A stretch of DNA of 62,830 bases from the NCBI GenBank assembly GCA_964488965.1, contig CAZAXA010000001.1, positions 1-62,830 on the forward strand, written 5' to 3'. The position numbers and the translations under genes were made by a program. This document shows, in pieces, positions 55,206 to 62,830 of the stretch. Positions within the stretch are counted from its first letter, which is position 1; the number at the start of each line of letters is the position of its first letter. The DNA comes from an uncultured Phaeodactylibacter sp. GTDB taxonomy: Bacteria > Bacteroidota > Bacteroidia > Chitinophagales > Saprospiraceae. The notes under the pieces were generated by a model that was not told where the DNA came from, made no database searches, and saw only the letters and a program-made list of their open reading frames with translations.

Positions 55206-58200
55206 TCAAACCGGAATACTAAAGCTCAAAACCCCTTTTGCCTGGTGCAACTCTATCTGATGAACAGCCCCCATATCCGACAACAGGCTCACCATTTCCC
55301 CGGACTGCAGGAAGTTGTTCAGCACTGTCCTGTCCGCCTCAGTTTTATCGAACTCTATAACAAAACTCAACTGCATTTTATCCCGCCCCAGGTACACCTG
55401 CAAAGAGCGCGTACCAGCCCTCAAAAGGCTGTCGACCGACGCTTTTACCAGCCGGAGGAACATCTGCCGGAACTGCATATCGAGGGCCAGCGCGCCGATT
55501 TCCGGGCCGGCGAGCAAGCCTATATCCGCACGGCCTTCGCTGCGGAGCCTGTCGGCATACGCCTCGATCCGCTCCACGGCTTTGGCCATGCTGTCGTTCT
55601 CCGGCGCCACGGCCCAGAGCATATCGTCCATGGCCTGCATCATCTGCTGCGATTTGCTGGTGATCTGCTCCAGGTAGCCGGCCGCCCTGGCCGGATCCTT
55701 TCGCGCCTTGATGGCCGCCATCTCGCTCAGGATGTGGATGCTGTTCAGTACCGTCCTGACCTGCGCGTGCAACTGATCGGCAATCTTTGCCCGCATCTGC
55801 TGGACGGATTTCGTCCTGCGCATTCTCTCCCGGTCGAAAAGGAAAATGAGCGCCCCGGCAGCCAGGCCAACGAGGCTGTAAAACCACCAGGCCTGCCAGA
55901 AGGGCGGGTTACGCCGGATGGGGAGCGCCCGGATGGGGCCCAGGGTCCCGTCTGCATAAACCGGTTGAAGAAGAAAGCGGTAAGAGCCGGCCGGCAGGTA
56001 AGAATACACGGCAATATTTTTCTCGTTAACCTGCCAGTCCTGATCCAGGCCCTCCATCTTGTAGCGGATGCTGTTGCTGCCGTAGAACTGCAGGGTGGAA
56101 AACTCCATGGCCAGGGCGCTTTCGTAGTGTCGAAGCCGGAGGCCGCCGGCCTCTTCCAGCGAATCCACCAGCATCAGGCGGTTGTTAACCTGCAGGCTTG
56201 TCAGCGTAGCCGCCGGCCTGTCATTTTCGATTTGATTGAAAACAGCCGGGTCGAACACCACAAAAGACTCCGACGCGCCGAATAACATCCTGCCGTCGGG
56301 AAGGGCATAGGAAGAGGCCAACACGAAGTTTTCATCATCGATACCGTCGCGGCGGCCAAACTGCAGTACTGTCGAAGTATGGATGTTGGCCCGGTACAAT
56401 CCACTGGTGGTAGATATCCAGACATTTCCGGACTGGCCAGGGGCGAGGTCTGCAATATATCCGGCCAGGGCCTCCTCCACTTTGACCCTGGCCAGCGCCC
56501 TGCGTTTCCGGTTGAACACCAGCAGGGACGACAGGCCGGAAACGGCCACCAGGCTGTCGTTGTAATCGAGCACCGATGAGGCGCCGGCGTCCGGCAGGCG
56601 CAGTTCGGGCACTGCATGCTCATTGTCCAGGCGCATGGTTATCTGCCCTGTGGCCGGGTCGATGACGCAGAGCCCCCGGCTTTGCGTGGCCACCCACAAC
56701 AGGCCTTCCCTGTCGACGATCATTTTGTTGATGCTGCAGTCGGGCAGCCCTTCGAATCTGGAAGGGCCCTGCCCCGCCGGGCGGCCGGAACGATCACATT
56801 TCCAGCGAAAGAGGCCGATGCCCTGCATGCCCAGCCAGAGGTCGCCGCGCCGGTCCTCCACAACCTGCCGGATGGTGTGGTTTTCCAGCATTCCGGACCG
56901 GTAAACTTCCATCGTATTGGCCCGCTCATCATAACGGATAACCCGCCCCGGCTGCGACGACATCCATATGACGCCCTCCCTCCGCGAAAGGCTCATACTC
57001 CAGATGCTGTACTCTTTTATGCCTGGGTCGCCCTTGTAGTCAAAGGGCAGCTCATTCCATTGGCCGTCGTAGCGGTACAGCCCGTCGCCCCAGACGGATA
57101 CCAGCACCGTACTGTCCGCCAGCCGGATAAAATCGGTGGGGCTGCCGTGCCCGCGCTGGTTCAGGCGCCGGTTGAAATGGCTGATGTTGCGAAAGTATTC
57201 CCTGCCGGGATTGAAGGTAAATATCCCGTTGTCGCTCGTACCTGCCCAGATCGTATGCTCGCGGTCCTCAAACAGGCATTTGATGGACTGGTAACGGATA
57301 GGCCGGTTGGCGCCGGAGCCGTTGGGAACCAGTTGGAAAGTGTCCGTAACCTCATTGTACCGGGCAAAAATATTGGCGCCGTACAGCCAGACAGCCCCAT
57401 CACGGCTTTCGAAAAATGGGGCGGCCTCAATATAACCGCCTGTGAGCACGGCCGGCTCGTAACCACGGATCAGCGCCGTTTTTTCGGCAAGGCCGAAGCT
57501 GTAAACCTTTGGCGTATGGTAAAGGTAAGGCCAGGACTGGCACCAGAGCCGGCCCCTGTGGCTGGCCAGCAGATTATAGGTTTCCGCTCCCTCCGGATAG
57601 CCCGGCAGGCGCAGGGGCTCCAAAGCTGCCCCGCTACCGTTCCAGCCGCCTTGCCGGGTATGGAAAAGAAACAACCCCTCCGGCCCAAAGCTCAGGACAT
57701 AATCGGAGGAACCCGGCAGCGGCGCCAGGCCGGAAACCCGCCAGCCCTTCGATGCCGGCGCCGGAAAGGCGTAATCGTGGAAATGGCTTTTTTGTTCATC
57801 CCAGATGTACAGCCCCCCTCTGATGCCCAGGATGAAAATATTGCCCCAGGCGTCGCCAAGGAAACGTGCCTCCGGCAACCGCTCCACCTTTCTGCCGCCT
57901 TCGAAGATGCCGGCTTCCCGGAAGGACTGTTTGCCGGTGTCAAAAATACCCGCAACGCCCTCCCCGGACATCAGCCACAACCGGCCCCGCCGGTCGACGT
58001 ACAGATGCCCGACCACATTCGACGGGATCGACCGCTTATCCCCGGGGTCATGTTTGAAATTGCGGAAACGGATGCCGTCATAACGCTGCAGGCCGTGCGA
58101 GGTCCCGATCCAGATATACCCCTGGCTGTCCTGAGTTATGGCATTGGCCGAATTGGAGGACAAACCCTGATCCGTGCTAAGGTGTTTAAATGAAAAATGG

Positions 58201-58265
58201 ATTTCCTGCGCAGGGAGGAAGACGTACGGCAAGACATTGAGCAGGAAGGTGCAAAGGCCCCGCAT
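55206..58265 (-). CDS. Beta-propeller/Y_Y_Y-type periplasmic sensor with a TM helix, HisKA_3-like dimerisation helix and a degenerate ATP-binding domain
   Basis: 1019 aa. It has 'two-component regulator propeller'-type repeats (GYIWIGTSHGLQRYDG, LWLG, VWIST...), a TM helix (WWFYSLVGLAAGALIFLF), and a DHp-like segment (ADQLHAQVRTVLNSIHILSEMA). The last ~110 aa lack the N-box, DxGxG and GxGL motifs. Confidence 0.8.
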   Translation of the reverse strand: MRGLCTFLLNVLPYVFLPAQEIHFSFKHLSTDQGLSSNSANAITQDSQGYIWIGTSHGLQRYDGIRFRNFKHDPGDKRSIPSNVVGHLYVDRRGRLWLMSGEGVAGIFDTGKQSFREAGIFEGGRKVERLPEARFLGDAWGNIFILGIRGGLYIWDEQKSHFHDYAFPAPASKGWRVSGLAPLPGSSDYVLSFGPEGLFLFHTRQGGWNGSGAALEPLRLPGYPEGAETYNLLASHRGRLWCQSWPYLYHTPKVYSFGLAEKTALIRGYEPAVLTGGYIEAAPFFESRDGAVWLYGANIFARYNEVTDTFQLVPNGSGANRPIRYQSIKCLFEDREHTIWAGTSDNGIFTFNPGREYFRNISHFNRRLNQRGHGSPTDFIRLADSTVLVSVWGDGLYRYDGQWNELPFDYKGDPGIKEYSIWSMSLSRREGVIWMSSQPGRVIRYDERANTMEVYRSGMLENHTIRQVVEDRRGDLWLGMQGIGLFRWKCDRSGRPAGQGPSRFEGLPDCSINKMIVDREGLLWVATQSRGLCVIDPATGQITMRLDNEHAVPELRLPDAGASSVLDYNDSLVAVSGLSSLLVFNRKRRALARVKVEEALAGYIADLAPGQSGNVWISTTSGLYRANIHTSTVLQFGRRDGIDDENFVLASSYALPDGRMLFGASESFVVFDPAVFNQIENDRPAATLTSLQVNNRLMLVDSLEEAGGLRLRHYESALAMEFSTLQFYGSNSIRYKMEGLDQDWQVNEKNIAVYSYLPAGSYRFLLQPVYADGTLGPIRALPIRRNPPFWQAWWFYSLVGLAAGALIFLFDRERMRRTKSVQQMRAKIADQLHAQVRTVLNSIHILSEMAAIKARKDPARAAGYLEQITSKSQQMMQAMDDMLWAVAPENDSMAKAVERIEAYADRLRSEGRADIGLLAGPEIGALALDMQFRQMFLRLVKASVDSLLRAGTRSLQVYLGRDKMQLSFVIEFDKTEADRTVLNNFLQSGEMVSLLSDMGAVHQIELHQAKGVLSFSIPV

Positions 58266-58394
58266 GGTCGGATTTCTTTGAAAACAAAGCTAAGAAATGT
58301 TCTTTATTTTCCGGGGCCTGTGCGCATCTCACCCAAAATCTTTGTAAATTACACTTTGGCCGCCAAGCTATGATCAAACTCAAAAAAGAAGGTC

Positions 58395-59789
58395 ATGGAA
58401 GGCCTGGATAAAATAAAACGCGGCCTGGAAAAACTGGTAGGCGAAGACCACCTCCCCGAAGCATTCGCCCGCCTTTTGGAGGCCCTTCCGGAAAAGTCTC
58501 CACAGCGCAGCGCCGTGCTGTTGCTGAAAAGCAGGATGAAGGGCGCCGAAAAGAAGCGTGCGGAAGGGACGATGAGCGACGAGAAGGTCGAACGCGCCCT
58601 CAACCGCATCCGCTCGGCCCTGCTGAAACTGATCGGCGGGCTGGAAGCAAGCGATTTTGACCCCGGACAGATGCCCTCCAGGCTGTCCCAATCCGGCAAG
58701 GTCAAACAGGGCAGCATCCTGCACCGCATCCCGGGGCAGATGGAGCTCCTGAAGGAAACGCGCTGCCTGGTGCGCATCGCGCTTGACGAAAAGACTCTCC
58801 TCGAGAACATCAGCCTGGACGAGCACTCCAAAATCGAATCTCTCCGCATCGCCGAGGCCATGGAGGTGGAACTGGCCGGCCCCGATAAGGGCAATACCTT
58901 CTCCATCCGAAATGTGAACAGGACAAAGCAGTTCATCGACGAAGACGCGCCCACGCAATGGCTGTTTTACGTCAGGCCCCTCCGGCAGGGCGTCTTCCCG
59001 CTGATTCTGAAGGTGGCGGTGATCGAGAAGGTGCATGGCGAAGAATGCCGGCGGGAGGCCGTATTCGAAAGGACGATCGACATCGTGGCCGGGCCGGCGG
59101 AGGAAGCTGAAGAAGACGCCTTCGAACGGGCAGGTTTTTCCTTCAACTATTATACCACCAGCACCATGGCCGGTATAGATGCCGTCGCTGTCACTCAACC
59201 GGAAGTGGCCGGCAAGGAGCCCTTCCTCATGCAGGTCGAGGATGTGTTCACCCTCCGGGGGCAGGGCACGGTGGTCGCCGGCAGGATCGTGCAGGGCGTC
59301 GTCAGGGCGGGCAGCACGGTCGAGATCGTCGGCGAGGAGGCCTCCGGGGCAAAACCGAAGGCCCTTACGGCGACGGCCGTGGAACTGTTCCGCAAAATGC
59401 CGGACGAGGAGGAGGAAGAGGACGACGCCATCCGCCGCCTGCTGCTGCGGGGCATCCGCAAAGGCGCCATACAGCGGGGCATGCTCATCCGTTCACCCGG
59501 CGCCGCCCACGCCCGCTTCATAGCGGAGTTACGCCTGCCGGGCAAAGTGGAAGGCGGGTGGTTCAGGGCAGTGCACGGCGGCTACCAGCCCCGGTTTTAC
59601 TTCGGCGCCATTGACATGGCCGGCCAGTTGAAGCTGCCTGGCAGCATAGAAATGGCCATGCCGGGCGACAGCGTTACCGTTGAGGTGGAACTGGCGCAAC
59701 CTCTTGCTGTGGAGAAAGGCCTGCGCTTTGCTATTCGCGAGGGTGGGCTGACCATGGGGGCAGGCAAGGTGACGAAGGTGTTGAAATAG
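58395..59789 (+). CDS. Fusion protein: N-terminal helical adaptor-like module + beta-rich middle region + EF-Tu domain II/III homolog lacking the GTPase domain
   Basis: 464 aa with ATG at 58395. Residues ~274-464 match EF-Tu domains II-III motif by motif: EPFLMQVEDVF, GTVVAGR, VEIVG, LFRK, LLLRGI, GYQPRFYF, MPGD, GLRFAIREGGLTMGAGKVTKVLK. No P-loop, DxxG or NKxD motif occurs anywhere in the protein. Confidence 0.85.
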   Translation: MEGLDKIKRGLEKLVGEDHLPEAFARLLEALPEKSPQRSAVLLLKSRMKGAEKKRAEGTMSDEKVERALNRIRSALLKLIGGLEASDFDPGQMPSRLSQSGKVKQGSILHRIPGQMELLKETRCLVRIALDEKTLLENISLDEHSKIESLRIAEAMEVELAGPDKGNTFSIRNVNRTKQFIDEDAPTQWLFYVRPLRQGVFPLILKVAVIEKVHGEECRREAVFERTIDIVAGPAEEAEEDAFERAGFSFNYYTTSTMAGIDAVAVTQPEVAGKEPFLMQVEDVFTLRGQGTVVAGRIVQGVVRAGSTVEIVGEEASGAKPKALTATAVELFRKMPDEEEEEDDAIRRLLLRGIRKGAIQRGMLIRSPGAAHARFIAELRLPGKVEGGWFRAVHGGYQPRFYFGAIDMAGQLKLPGSIEMAMPGDSVTVEVELAQPLAVEKGLRFAIREGGLTMGAGKVTKVLK

Positions 59790-59809
59790 GATAGGCATGC
59801 CTGCTCAAA

Positions 59810-60760
59810 CTATACCCTCACATTTGTCGGTATCGCCACCGCTTCCCCCTTCTGAAGGAGGTTTCTGGGAACATTCTTCCTGATGATCTTCGAAAATTCA
59901 ACGAGGTGGGCCTTGCGGACGTGGTTCGGCAGATAGAGCAGGCTAATCTCGCGGACCCGCTTCTCGCCGGCCAGATTCCTGATCATGTCCTCTTTTTCAC
60001 TTTGCAGGTGGATGGTGGCCAGCTCGGGCAGGAAGGTGATGCCCCCCCGGAATTCCACGATACGGCAAAGCGACTCGATGGAGTTGCTTTCAAAGTAAAA
60101 GAGTTCCTTGCCGGGTTTCTTTTTACCGATCTCACAGATGTTGTTTACCTGATCCCGGAAGCAGTTGCCTTCTTTTAGCAGCCAGATGTCGGAAGGAGGA
60201 ATATCATCTACGCCGACCTCCTCTTTCTGGTATAACTCGTGTTCCCTGGATACGAAGAGTTTGAAGGCCTCGTAAAAAAGGGGGATGATCTCGAAAGTTG
60301 TCGTCAGGGAGATCGGAGTGGAAATGATGCCGCCGTCGAGCGTGCCGGCCTTGATCTCCTGAATGATCTCCTCCGTCAGCGCTTCGCGGATGTGGATATT
60401 GAGCTGGGAGAACTTTTCGTTCAATTCGTTGATGAACAAAGGCAGGATGTAGGGCGCCAGGGTGGGAATGACCCCGATCTTAAGGGTTCCGGATACGTTC
60501 TCGTTCAGCATATTGGCCAGGTCTTTCAGTTGGCCGGCTTCATTCAACAGCAAGCGGGCGCGGTCCAGAAACAGCCGTCCCTTGTCCGTCGCTTCGATCT
60601 TCTTTTTCGAGCGGTCGAAAATGGCCAGGTCCAATTCCTCTTCCAGTTTCCGGACCTGGACGCTCATCGCCGGCTGGGAGATTCCCATCGCATGGGCCGC
60701 CCGGCTGAAACTGCGGTAGTGCTGAAGCGCCATGGCGTATTCCAGCTGCTGTAATGTCAT
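59810..60760 (-). CDS. oxyR: LysR-family hydrogen-peroxide sensor/regulator OxyR
   Basis: 316 aa. The LysR HTH is MTLQQLEYAMALQHYRSFSRAAHAMGISQPAMSVQVRKLEEEL. The redox cysteine pair has OxyR spacing (LKEGNCFRDQVNNIC, i.e. C-x8-C). It is divergent from katG. Confidence 0.85.
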   Translation of the reverse strand: MTLQQLEYAMALQHYRSFSRAAHAMGISQPAMSVQVRKLEEELDLAIFDRSKKKIEATDKGRLFLDRARLLLNEAGQLKDLANMLNENVSGTLKIGVIPTLAPYILPLFINELNEKFSQLNIHIREALTEEIIQEIKAGTLDGGIISTPISLTTTFEIIPLFYEAFKLFVSREHELYQKEEVGVDDIPPSDIWLLKEGNCFRDQVNNICEIGKKKPGKELFYFESNSIESLCRIVEFRGGITFLPELATIHLQSEKEDMIRNLAGEKRVREISLLYLPNHVRKAHLVEFSKIIRKNVPRNLLQKGEAVAIPTNVRV

Positions 60761-60783
60761 TTGGCTATAATTTAAACTTATAG

Positions 60784-62830
<2,047 letters not shown>

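Overview
This is a 62.8-kb GC-rich, gene-dense chromosomal segment with about 50 supportable protein genes. I found no rRNA, tRNA, CRISPR array, transposase or integrase by eye. The gene content points to Bacteroidota: four secreted proteins end in a T9SS-type C-terminal sorting domain, there are three ECF sigma/anti-sigma modules, and there are CotH, TPR-CHAT and lipoprotein/OM beta-barrel genes. The lineage cannot be fixed from the sequence alone. Housekeeping anchors are fhs, proC, rmuC, icd, xseA/xseB (xseB is under 60 aa and missing from the ORF track), an IscA-type Fe-S carrier, an M16 peptidase pair, an S9 peptidase, a NUDIX hydrolase, and a divergent oxyR-katG pair (katG runs off the 3' end, so it is also missing from the track). 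The GC-rich coding produces many long antisense shadow ORFs, which I rejected. The most unusual feature is 58395..59789. It encodes a protein whose C-terminal ~190 aa are a clear homolog of EF-Tu domains II+III, but the GTPase domain is replaced by an N-terminal helical adaptor-like module plus a beta-rich middle region. The same type of N-terminal module heads an unrelated membrane-anchored TPR protein at 11170..12852. Near the EF-Tu-like gene lie a secreted TPR-CHAT (caspase-like) protease and a beta-propeller sensor whose kinase ATP-binding domain looks degenerate. A second notable gene is 27654..30965, a Clp/Hsp100-like double AAA+ protein with a degenerate first ATPase module, an intact second module, and large unassigned N- and C-terminal domains. 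Several intergenic regions carry structured inverted-repeat (MITE/REP-like) elements, including a shared 15-bp terminal motif found at two loci. All functional calls rest on motif recognition from translated sequence and on memory of family signatures. No database search was run.
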